From positions 5,828,001 to 5,892,000 of the forward strand of contig OZ116698.1 in NCBI GenBank assembly GCA_964199315.1: a stretch of 64,000 nucleotides of DNA, read 5' to 3'. Each line of letters begins with the position of its first letter. The stretch's first letter is position 1. The position numbers and the translations under genes were made by a program. Under the pieces are notes generated by a model. The model was not told the DNA's origin. It searched no databases and was given only the letters and a program-made list of their open reading frames with translations. Origin of the DNA: Orbicella franksi. Its lineage: Eukaryota. Positions 22,833-33,992 of this stretch are shown here, piece after piece.

Positions 22833-24295
22833 CTCGCTCATAATCTTGAATCCCTTTATATATATATTATCTATAATTAAAAATCAGGCCAAATTTAACT
22901 CAGCTCTTATATTATAATCGAAAAGCATTCAAGCAAAGGTGTACTCGATAAGGTGCAAACTTTTGGCTAGAAAACAGAATGATTCCGTTTTCTATGATCT
23001 CTTTTAATGTAACTGACAAGTTCTTAATTACTTTTTCTGATCCACACGGCAGGTAGAATATAGACTGAGTAATTCAGGCATCTAGACGAAAGTTCAGGAG
23101 TGTAGAAAAGTGATTTTCTCGTCTTCAAAAGGCCAGTGAAGCAAAATTTGGCAGTAAGTTAGGCCGTATAATATCGTGCGAGGCAAGTGCTTTTTTATAC
23201 TTTAGCTACAACTTTATCCATGGCACTATAAAATATTTATTTCTCACTCTTTTTGGATATTTCTATATATTTCAACTCACACTATTTTATCCTTGATCTT
23301 CTTGGTTCTTACTAAAGCCATCTCAATACTACACCAGATTTCGCCTAACTACGAAAAGACTGCATGACGTATAATTTGGTTCCTTCTTTTGCCTGCAGTT
23401 TCGTATCTGTTGTCCCTCATCCTTTACGCGTAAAGCCTCAAGTTCTACTTTTTAACCTATGAATAGTGGTTTGAGAGACCAAATTTCCCTTTTTTATCAT
23501 TTTATTGATCTACAGCTGTGAGAGTTGTTAGGTTCCGTTTGATTTAGAGGGTTTTTTTAATGAAACTGGTTGCATGGCTTCTTTGTTTTGGTGGACAGAG
23601 TCATTTAAATGTTACCGAGTCATTGTTTTGCTTTCCTTTAATCGAATATTAATGTAAAAGAAGAATAATTAAAAGCAGGTGTTTAATTTGGGATGGTCTT
23701 GTCCAAGCTCCGGCGGTCAACCTCTGAAAAACGTGTGATGCGAAGAACTTGATTGGATGCTCAATGAGACTCGATGTGATTGGATTTAATTAATAATGTG
23801 ATTACTAATGTGACTAGTAGTAATCAGAGATTATGAGAGTGCGTTGGACGCCCTCACTTTATTATAAATACCTTCAATAAATGATTTCATTAGCTGACTT
23901 TCAACCTTTGTCTATTGCTAAAATCAACATTTTTCAGCAGAAAGCGAGGTTTTACAGTCAGAAATGTATAGTGTCAAAGTCCATACTAGTGAAGAGGTCA
24001 CGATTTGTTGATACGTTGCGTGACGCCGCCAGTTTCTGTAGACTCACAAGTTTCATAGAATATTTGAATTACGTACATTATTCTAAGCTGGAAGCACAAA
24101 TTTAAGCTAGCATTTCCAATCGCGTGCTCGTTTATCATAAACAAACTCCGTGCGACTAACTGGAGTATTTCCCCTGATGAATAATGTAGACTTGTGGATC
24201 TTGCCTTCAGAGTACTTTTCCTCCGATTCCAAACAATAAAATTTCGACCGGATAAAGACTGAGCTATCTGTCGCGACTGGAACTAGTCAACAAAT

Positions 24296-24724
24296 CCCGG
24301 GGGAGGGTACTCCCAGAAAAATCAGGTGGGGGTGTGCGGCCCACTTCCCAAAACCCTTACCCTATTTATGACCAAAATCTGTGATATTCCCTACCCTATT
24401 TATGACCTAACCCTTAAATCAAAGCCCTGTTTTAGACCTGTGTTATAATAAGTTCCTTAGCTCAGACTAATGTTAAATTACCGTAAACATAATTTGTGAA
24501 GGACTTTTGTAGATTTTCTTTTCGATAATAACGAAAAAGTGGCTTCTTTTTAAAAACATACCCATATCAAGGCTAGAGTGCAAAAACCATACCCTATTTA
24601 TGACCAAAATGGCCAAAATCAGCCAAAAATCTATATCCTATATATGACCAAAACAGCTGAAAAACCATACCCTTTGGGGCTGCACATAACTATATAACCC
24701 ATATAAGGGAGTAGCCCCCCCGGG
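24296..24724. mobile_element. MITE with CCCGGG termini and an 8-bp TSD
   Basis: TIR CCCGGGGGAGGGTACTCCC / GGGAGTAGCCCCCCCGGG. Perfect TSD CAACAAAT at 24288-24295 and 24725-24732; internal CCCTATTTATGACC repeats. Confidence 0.9.
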
Positions 24725-25187
24725 CAACAAATGCAATCAAAATGTAGCTGTTTCCATGGTTAACATCCCAAAGCCAAGTCGTGTTAATAGACAAGGGCAA
24801 TTCCCTCAGATTTCGATAAATGCTACCATCGAAGCGTTTAAATTCACCAAAATCTAACGCTGAGCGCACATAATAGCGAAGCGTACGACGACTGAAAGAT
24901 CCAGCGGAAAGCCGAGCTCACATGGCCTGCTGACATACTTGTAATGAGCACTATATCGAGGCTTCTCTACTGAGTAATCTTGATTCTTTCTGATTCGCCA
25001 ATTTGTTGACGTATATAGATAGCGGCATATTCCCGCCAGTAGTTCAAGTTTCTTATCGTCCACAGTAAGCTACCCTTGACTACTTAGAGTGCAAGCGGGA
25101 ACCGATGTGTAAGTACAAACTATTTTCTATGCTTGTTTTTTGGTATAAGTTTTAAGTTTGGACGTATTTTAACCTTAAGTACCTTTA

Positions 25188-25937
25188 CTCTCGGTTTTTA
25201 TACAACAGCGTATTGTTTTAAGTCCAACACGTGGCAGAGCCCCAGTTTTTAAAGTTTTTATTTCATCTTGTTTTAGTGATAGATCTTTATAGTTCATACT
25301 CCCCCTAGCTTAGGTTTCTATTCAGCAGCTTCCTATAAGAATCTCTGGTAATCCGAGTTAAGAGTCCTTTCCTTGCTAGTAAATTCCCACACCGCTTTCA
25401 GTGGTGCTCACGCAAGCACGTTTTTATCGAATCGTGCAATTTTATTGCTTTCAAGATTTTAGAGTGTTATCATTTATTGTATTAGGACAGTTAGCAGTAT
25501 GTGTATCTGCTCGGGATCACTGATGATTTTAATTGTGTCTTCGGTTCTTATACAACAGCCATATTTGACCCATCTTTGTGCCTTCGGTTTTCATACAACA
25601 GCCTATTGTCCTAAGTCCAACACGTGGTTGAGCCCCAGTTTTTAAAGTTTTTATTTCATCTTATCTTAGTGATAGATCTTTATAGTTCATACTCCCCCTA
25701 GCTTAGGTTTCTATTTAGCAGCTTCTTATAAGAATCTCTGGTAATTCAAGTTGAAGGTCCTTTCCTTGCTAGTAAATTCCCACATCGCTTTCAGTGGCGC
25801 TCACGCAAGCACGTTTTTATTGCATCGTGCAATTTTATTGCTTTCAAGATTTTAGAGTGTCATCATTTATTGTATTAGGACAGTTAGCAGTATGTGTATC
25901 TGCTTGGGATCACTGATGATTTTAATTGTGTCTTCAC
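25188..25937. repeat. Tandem direct duplication, period 393 bp, plus a short third partial copy
   Basis: AGTCCAACACGTGG at 25221 and 25614; the units align through ...TTTTAATTGTGTCTTC. Partial 41-bp unit at 25541-25581. Confidence 0.85.
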
Positions 25938-26517
25938 TGAGAAGTTTGACTGGAAGTATTGTCACACCGCAGTTATGATTGGAATGTTTGCTATTATTGT
26001 TTCGTGACTCTTGTCATCTTGTAATCTTCTATTATCTAGTAATTAGTTTATTCACTGCATTGTATTTCAGTTTACGTTTGATTATCGTCAATCACAGCTG
26101 ATTTTCCGTGATCTCTGACTTTATTCGATTAGTAAAGCATCTCCCACACGCGCTAGTCTCATTGCGACAAGTTTTCTAGCAAGTGACAATTCAGCCTTTC
26201 AACAGTCGCCGTGAACCTGACGTTACACGAACGGCAACTGTTTCGCGCGTCTCCGAAAAAACACTCTGCCTGTTTCGATAGTATGTCAAAAACTAATAGA
26301 CGTAGAAACTCAAATTACATTGTAATTGTCACTCGGGTAACTCAGCTTGACTTATGATCGCTCTCTTGCAGGTGAGATATTCCATTACGTTTAAATGATA
26401 AGTTATTTGATTATCATGCATCTGCTGACCAAGGAGTGCCCGCGTGCCCAGGTGCCAAGCGACCCAAGCGGACCCAAGCCGTTTTCTGTGGCGAGTTCCC
26501 CACAAACTTTTAAAATC

Positions 26518-29500
26518 ATGGTTCGAAATGTGGTTGATAAAACGCCCAAGGATAAAAGAAAGTCTTCAGGTCCACGGAAACGTAGTACGCCTTCGTCTGA
26601 GGTAATATACAGCAGCCCGAAAAGGCCAGGATCGGCAGCCGGCGGAGAGAGTGTTGAACGAAGTGAGTTAGCTCAAGCTAGGTTATTCAGGGTGTTCTTA
26701 CAGTAGACGTACATGGGTGTTAGAATCATGTTTAGGTGTTAAATCGAAAGTGCTTTTCTGGCTTGCCTCTCGATATAGGACACTAGTTATTAAAGATGAT
26801 AGCTTGCAACTGTAAACTTATTATTGAAAGCTCGTATGAGCTGACGTTAAGCTATGCTGCTACAAGTGGAAGGAAGAACCGATTTTTCGAACTCTATATC
26901 CGAACCTCTTGATCATTCGAAGGAAATGTTTGCTCCCTTCGCAAAAATATGACCGAAATTTGTGCTGATTTTTCGAACTACCGAGTTTTCAAAAACTGTT
27001 CTCTGTTCCGCTTGGTGGACGATTCAATGTGTCATAGTCTTGTGTAGCTCGATCATATTCTGGAAACCCAACAACTTCGACTTGCGCGTACTTTATAACA
27101 AGCTAATGTAAAGCTAAGTTTAAGTTTTAACCTTCCCATTAGAATGATTGTCGATGTAGCTTTCGTTGTCCAAAAGACTATTTAATAAAATCCTATGTCT
27201 CTCTGCGATTTATTACAAGTAATTGTTTCTACTACAAATGTAGATGATCTGCATAATTTTATTTAAGAAACAATAGTCTACTTTTCGCGGGAAATTATTC
27301 TTCGGTAGGTTCTTCATGGAGAGGATTTTTCTTACATATTGAAGAGCAAACTGGGATATTGTACAAAAAGTGATTGTATTTGTTAAATTCTGTAAATCAT
27401 TTGATGTTACAAATTTATGATTTTGGATAAAAAACAATTTGGTAACTTGACTTGATGTTCATTTCAGAAATTGGTGAGTTTCCTCTTTGAAACAAAGGGA
27501 TTTTACAGAAACCAGAGCTATATGTATTCAGTTCACATAATGGTAATTTTTCCGTAGAAAAAAGAAGATTTCGACCAGGAACTAGGGCACTAATGGAGAT
27601 AAGACATTACCAAAAGACAACTCATTTATTACTTAGAAAGGCTCCTTTCATGAGGGTGGTAAGTTTGATTTTCCTGCTATTACATACATGTGCAATGTAG
27701 GTTCATAACAATTTTTCCATTCATTGAATTTGTATCAAACCATCCTATTGCTGTCTGATTATCTGGTGTGCTAGGAACTACGCTTAATGTTTTTTCTCAT
27801 TTTATTTAGTTAACTTCGAAATAACTTAGCAATTTAATTCAGCAAATTGACTGGCGGTGAGGACAATTTTGCCCACCTGTGAAATTCAGTTGGGAGGTGC
27901 GGTGGCCTCATGGTTAGTGTGCTCATCTCCGGATCAAGCAGTCTGGGTTCGAGCCCTGGCTGGGGACATTGTGTTGTGTACTTGGGCAAGACATTTTACT
28001 CTAACAGTGCCTCTCTCTACCCAGGTGTATAAATGGGTACTGGTGAACTTAATGCTGGGGGTAACCCTGCAATGGACTAGCAGGACTACCTTTTTACCTT
28101 ACCGTGAAATTCAGTTGCCTTCTTGCTGAAAACATCAATAAAATCCCTGAATTTCCTCAAAGGCTTATGACAAATTCAAGAGGGGGGAGTTGGTGCTTAA
28201 TTGGGGAGAGTGTGCTTAATCAAGGAAAGGCACAAATAAATGTCAGAAACTCATTTTCTTGGCTATGCAGGAGATAAACTTTAATTACATACATGTAAAT
28301 GGTAATGCAAACAAGCCAACAGTTCCCCTAGCTCAGGTCTCAGATTTACCAGGTCTAAAAAGCAAACTGCTCTTTGCAGAGTCTTCTTTATAGACTTTCT
28401 CTCACGTTTTTACATCACTAACTGTTTTTTCAACTTTTTGGGAGTATTTTGTCCTGAATTTGGGAGAAGGCCTTTATTTGAGGGACGGGGAACTTATTCT
28501 GAATTTTGTACTCAAATTAGTTGTTTAAATGATAGAGAGCACTCAATGAAGTGCAAGTGCTACATGTAGTTCAAGAAAATAAGATTAAGCTACAAGTGTT
28601 GAATGCTGAATGGAAATTAAATACGAACAGTTTGCTGTGAGATCTGCATGTATTCCTGAGCTATTTTGTTGCACAATGTATGTTCAAGATCCTGCAATGA
28701 GAGGAAGCTCCCTGTGCAAACATGTGGATCAGCACATTTTGATGTACACTGTTATGGTGTGCCTTTGCAGTTAGTCAAATTATATTCCTACAAGGCTAGA
28801 ACAAAGTTTCTCCATCTGCATGGCCGTGTGTTTTATGTGCCCTTAAATGTAATTTTGAGGGTTCATAATTTGATTTTATTTACCTGTTTACATGCAGTGC
28901 TGGGAAATCTTTTGATTGACGTCTTAAGTACATTTTAGGTGCGGGAAATTGCTGATAAATTTTACCATCGGGAAGAATTAAGGTGGCAAGTCCCAGCATT
29001 GTCAGCACTCCAGGAGGTTAGGAATTTTTAAACTAGTTACATTACGACAGCTTGTTAATGTATTATTACCATGTACCATTTAGGGTGTGTTCCTTTGGGA
29101 TGGTCTGGATCAGGATCAGTGATCCAAGATCACTTGGATCATGGTGCATCAAAGGAACCGACGAATCGACTCTGGTCACGGATTCATTGGTTCCTTTGAT
29201 AAACTATGATCTGAGTGATCTTGGATCACTGATCCTGATCCAGATCACCCCAAAGGAACGCACCCTTAGAGTGTACCAAAGACGTTCATGGCTGCATTAA
29301 ATGCTAAATGACACATCATTGCACATACTGTATGTTCAGGGTTGCGGATAAGTTTTCACGGCAGATTCCTACGGGTCAATTCCCACTGCTCCCACTTGTG
29401 TATTGATTTGTCAGATCATGTAGCTGATCTTGTTGGGTTTTTGATCTGAGACCCTTCACCTATCTGAAACACTGTATGTTAGTTCCTCAAAATTTAATCT

Positions 29501-30519
29501 CAGGATTTAGTAGGTTCCCTGCATTGAGTACAGTGTATACATATAAAGTATTGCATTGGAAATTTTGTCTGTGAGTCTTGTTTTTCTATATCAACCGATA
29601 CTATCAGTTAATTAATTACTTAGGCATCCCTTTTGTCTCAGTTCCATCATTTATATTCTTCTCGCAGGTCTTTATACATATCATTTACATTTTAAGTACT
29701 AGATGCATCTGGGAGTTAAAGCCTAGTGATCATATTTTTTTCATTCTTGTGTGCCTGCTTATCTTTTGATTGACCATGGAGAGAAGTTAATAATTTGCAA
29801 ATTAATGATAATTAAAAATAATTTTTTCTTTTCTGCTTTTTCAGGCAGCTGAAGCATTCCTTGTTAGACTTTTTGAGGATGCGTACCATTCTACTTGTTT
29901 GCTTCTTCCACATTTAATATCAACGTTTTGTTGTTGTGTGTTACTTTTTCATGTCGTGCAATACATGCCTGGGTTCCATTTTGCACGAATTGGGTGTTAC
30001 AAAGGGCTCTTCTTTGCATGTAACTGTACAAGACAAACTTAAAAGAAATGGTGCATAGTAGTAATTGAAATGAAGTTTGCTCAAGATGTTATGAAGTCTC
30101 TTTCCTTCTTTATGTAATTATGATTTCATCTATTTTATTACATTTTTATTTCTAAAATTGCAATTCATGATGCATGCTCCTATTGACCATGTAGTTGTCT
30201 GTTGGCATGTTAACAAGGTGGCTGTTATGATGAAACTGCATTTTGTTGATGTTTTTTCTTTGGTTTCACAAACTGTTTGTGTAAACTTTTGAACACTTCC
30301 AATTTTCTTCTTGTATTTATATTTTTTATCTACACGTATGTATTTTAAATCCCAGTTTTGTAGTAGATCAAATGACTGTTGTTGTTGTTGTTGTTCTCTT
30401 TGTCTTTGTTTTGTTTTTACAGTAATTTATGTGCAATCCACGCCAAACGAGTGACTGTTATGCCCAGAGATATGCAGCTAGCCAGGCGGATCCGAGGAAG
30501 ACATGATGGTCTTGGCTGA
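26518..30519 (+). CDS. CENPA: Centromeric histone H3 variant CENP-A (CenH3), ~152-154 aa
   Basis: Exons 26518-26662, (27468-27473), 27558-27658, 28939-29016, 29845-29882, 30423-30519; all GT-AG and phase-consistent. Histone fold [18 protein letters not shown]...[22 protein letters not shown]...[15 protein letters not shown]. CenH3 hallmarks: H3 Q68, F84 and T107 replaced (M, W, A), longer loop 1, non-H3 N-tail. Confidence 0.93.
27468..27473 (+). other. Candidate 6-nt frame-preserving microexon (AAATTG) of CENP-A
   Basis: Context gttcatttcag|AAATTG|gtgagt, a strong acceptor and donor. Phase 1-1 matches the flanking exons. Confidence 0.5.
27893..28103 (+). mobile_element. tRNA-derived CORE-type SINE, internally deleted, in a CENP-A intron
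   Basis: A box (GGTGGCCTCATGGTTAG), B box (GGGTTCGAGCCC), CORE-like TTGGGCAAGACA...CTCT, (TTACC)n tail. 14-bp TSD GTGAAATTCAGTTG at 27879-27892 and 28104-28117. Confidence 0.85.
29083..29265. mobile_element. PIF/Harbinger-type palindromic MITE in a CENP-A intron
   Basis: TTA|GGGTGTGTTCCTTTGGG...CCCAAAGGAACGCACCC|TTA. 3-bp TTA TSD; almost the whole 183 bp is an inverted repeat. Confidence 0.85.
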
Positions 30520-31693
30520 TAAGAAAACAAACTTTTCACTGCTTTGTAGCTTAGTTTTGGAAGAGAACAATTAGTTTATCTCAAGACGTATTTTTATGAC
30601 CCTTTATCAACTTTTAGAGGCCTTAATTTTGTATGCAATTATCGCTAAAGGTGAAAGTATTTTTAAGACACAAACATTTTAAAAGTTGCATCATGGTCAT
30701 GTATTTAAAGCATTTGAACAAACAATTTTTAACTTACGTACATCTGTGAATGGAATGGAAATTTGTTCCATGCACTGAGTGCCAGGATTTTTTTTTCAAT
30801 TTATGTTAATGTATTGATTATTCAAGGCTTCACTTATATTTGCTTCCTTGCATCTTGTATTAATATTTATTGTGAAATACAGTCTATATTTTAATTTCTT
30901 TGATTAAGTCTACCTCTTTGGATTGCATTTCACTTTGCTGTTGTTGTTTCCATTTTCGTAGTTTTCGGGCCTTAAGTTATGATGCATTTATCCAATTGGT
31001 TTTTATTGTGAACATAACTTGTATTTGGATTTCATTTGCACAAATAAAGCTGAAACTGTACAGATTACTCGTTGTTGTCGTTTTCGTTGTCGTTGTTTAA
31101 TTTTCATTGAAGGCGAGTGCGCTTTTGGAGCACCTTTGTTTAAAAGTGATTGAGTTTTTTTGATCTTGATAACAGATCACATAGAAGTAGTAAAGCTCTC
31201 TAAACAAGGGTGTGAAACATCAAAGGAAACTAAACGGGAGACAGAAAAGAGGCTAAAGAGAAGGGAACTAATGGGAGAGCGAGAGGTAATTTGCATCAGA
31301 AGTTTTGGTGCTTGATTTCTTGGGACATCGGAATTTTACGATACTTGTGGTATTTGGCTGTTTAGCGTGTTATTTGATAGAAATAGCAAGTCGCAGCGGA
31401 AATTACAGTGGAACTCCGTTAATCCGGCAACTAAGAGACAAGCTAGATTATGTTTATGATAGTATTAACGCCGAATTATTCACAGTGTGGGGAAACCCTT
31501 GTGAATTATAATACGGTTTGCCTCCAGGTTTGTCTTATTCACTGAGGGGTGATACCGTACTACTCGTGGTTACAATAGGACCGACCTAGTAAACCGACGG
31601 AATACCTATATACGTATCGCAAGTAATTACTTATTCTTCTTAGCTATTATATTCTTTCTTTTTTTAGAAGGATATCCGAACATCACTAACCTT

Positions 31694-32175
31694 ATGCCAC
31701 GTCGGCGTTGTCGCCCGCGTTTTCGTCCCCTGCGTTCTCGTGCTCGGTTGGAGCGTTTCCTTCAAAGATGTTGTTTCATCTGCCTCAACTCTCCAAGCGA
31801 GTACCCTTCCAAGAGGTTACCTTGTTGTTTTCAGTTTATCCATGAGGAATGTCTCCTGACGTCCTTTCAGAATTCTTCACGTACCAATTTACACGATACG
31901 TGCCCCCACTGTCGAAGGTTTATTTCTTCTTACAACCACTCAGACGACATTCCTCATGGAAGTTATCCATTTCGATTCGATTTCTTTTCTTATCCCCCCC
32001 CCTCCGCCCCCCCCCTCCGCCTCCCCCTCCTTTCCATGATGACTATTTAGACTATTTTGGGATACTACAGGACAATGCTTTCCTGTCTCCTGCCGATTCT
32101 GATAGGTTGTTTTTAGATCCTCCAGCCCCTTCTCCACCTGCGGGTTGGGCGGAGTTTCGTCAAACTCATTATTGA
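31694..32175 (+). CDS. Intronless Arg-rich / RING-variant (C4HC3-like) / polyproline protein with an apparent frameshift in C homopolymers
   Basis: CFIC-x13-CC-x4-H-x2-C-x16-CPHC. Two C9 runs (31994-32002, 32007-32015); reading each as C8 gives one continuous ~159-aa ORF ...YPPPPPPPPPPPPFHDDYLDYF...WAEFRQTHY*. Confidence 0.7.
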
Positions 32176-33219
32176 TAGTTTATTCCCTTCTATGTTATCT
32201 TTCTCTCGCTACTCTTCTATTATACCAGGGAATACACGATACATCCTTTGTGGTTTTCGGCGTTTCCAAATATCTATATCTATATCAAAAACAAAAAACA
32301 AACAAACAAACAAACAAACAAAAAAATTGTTTCGGTGTCGGGTTCGTGAGGACATTTTTCTTGTTATGGTATTGTCATGTTATCTTGCTTGCATTCTATT
32401 ACCTCATTGTGAGCTAGGGACTAGCTCAATCTAAGGAGGGAGAATATGTAAAACAATAAAAATGCAAGCAAGATATAAATTCCCAACCATATTTATTCGT
32501 TGTAATACTGGGCAAAAAGTTAATGGTAATGTTTTGAGAAATAGGTGTTGGGTCATTCGAAATATAATATTGGAATATTTTATGTGTTTAAAAAATGTTA
32601 CATTTTCTTACCGTTGTTGATGTGTACGCAGGTGCTGCGTTTCCTAGGAACTAGTTCTTCAGTGAAATATGTGTAAATTACTTGACCGTTGTTAAACTGG
32701 AAATGGTGCCATGTAAACTAACTATTTTGAAATGTAGTGTCTACTCCAATAATTTGTAGCCAATTCTTGGTAGGATGCCTTGGTACATTCATGTTCTGCG
32801 AGCACCGTTGCTGCACTGCATGTTTTCGGTTTAGCTGCGTTGTCCAGCAACTCGTTTGTTTACTCGCGGGTGTCGATCGAGAAAATGAAGTAAAAATTGA
32901 AATCTGGATTTTGGAAGCGCTCTTTTTGGAATTAGTCGCGTTAGACTCCTTAACTTATTTTCAGTCTCCTGTCCAATTTTTCAGTCAAACCTTGCCCTTT
33001 TTACTGACCTTTTCAAGGAGTTTGATAACGATGTTTAAATTAATTTATTCCTAATTTACACTTCTACCCAAATAAAGAAAAGATTCCTAACAATAGCAGC
33101 GGCACCTCACTAAAGGATGTTTGTACCAAGAGCACGTCCAGTCAATGAGATGGATAGTTTTAACTGGAAATCCCGCCCACGAAGCTGGGAGTTTGCAAAC
33201 CTATTTCTTGTAACACTTA

Positions 33220-33709
33220 TGTTGACTGAAATATTTAACAACAACTTTTATCTTTTAACTTAGTGTTATCCTAAACTTTTAATCGGTAAGAACGAAGATT
33301 GTAGCTTTTATATTGTTCACGTTACCTTATTTAGGTCAACCACTTAAGGATAGTCGGTTAAAATCAAGGTAGAAAACGTTTTAGTCAACCTCGATAACCT
33401 CGAAGGAAAATATGCTAAGTAGCTTGGTGCGCAGTCGCAATAGAACCTTATTCGAACTGCGCATGACATTACGTTAGCCTAATTGACAGATTGACATTGA
33501 TTTGATGGATGACGTGGTTGTCCCTTTAAAAGGAACGTGACGAGTTAGCTCCTTGTAGTTGTAGTAATTGCTGTAACCAGTCAAGAGCAACAAGTAAGAG
33601 AAGGTTGTGAGTATTGTACCCAAGTCATCAATAGTGGGAATAAAAAGAGAAGCAACCAAACAAAGAGTGTTGGAGTGATCAGCTAATTTCCCCAAAGGTC
33701 GCTTCAACA
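33220..33709 (+). mobile_element. Possible solo LTR
   Basis: TGTTGA...TCAACA inverted termini about 490 bp apart, TATA-like TTTAAAAGG (33524) and AATAAA (33639). No matching TSD was found, so the left boundary is uncertain. Confidence 0.3.
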
Positions 33710-33953
33710 ATAGATATAAATACGAAATGAATTACTGAACGTTGCTTGGGGAAAAAATGGCTAAATCAATTACATTATTTATGATAAGACCAAGATAGAC
33801 TGGAGTCTACTGTTGATAACATTACTGGGCGAATGAGGGCAGCGGAGGTCACCGCTTTTTAAAAATGCGTGGAAAAAAGGCGGGAATTGACGTTAACCTG
33901 CGATTAGGCAAACCTCACTTCCCCGACCACGAAATGAATCAACACCTGATCAA

Positions 33954-33992
33954 CCGGGACCTGGGTGGATGACGTCACACACCCAGTCCCGG
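33954..33992. promoter_or_regulatory. CRE palindrome (33970-33977) nested in an inverted repeat
   Basis: CCGGGA-C-CTGGGTG...TGACGTCA...CACCCAG-TCCCGG read directly. Confidence 0.4.

Noticed and set aside
26395-26706. 103-aa ORF as a stand-alone protein
   Set aside because: It is CENP-A exon 1 with read-through into upstream sequence and intron 1.
27277-27304. Alternative CENP-A path using the donor at 26602 plus a 28-nt exon (STFRGKLFF)
   Set aside because: Phase-compatible, but the acceptor is weak and the peptide is hydrophobic and atypical for an N-tail. The 26662 GTGAGT donor explains the gene more simply. Not excluded without cDNA.
27893-27960. tRNA gene
   Set aside because: The A/B boxes belong to a SINE head (CORE-like body, tail and TSD); no complete cloverleaf.
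31404-31430. CAGTGGAACTCC as the start of a pogo-like element enclosing the RING ORF
   Set aside because: No matching inverted terminus was found downstream; treated as an isolated fragment.
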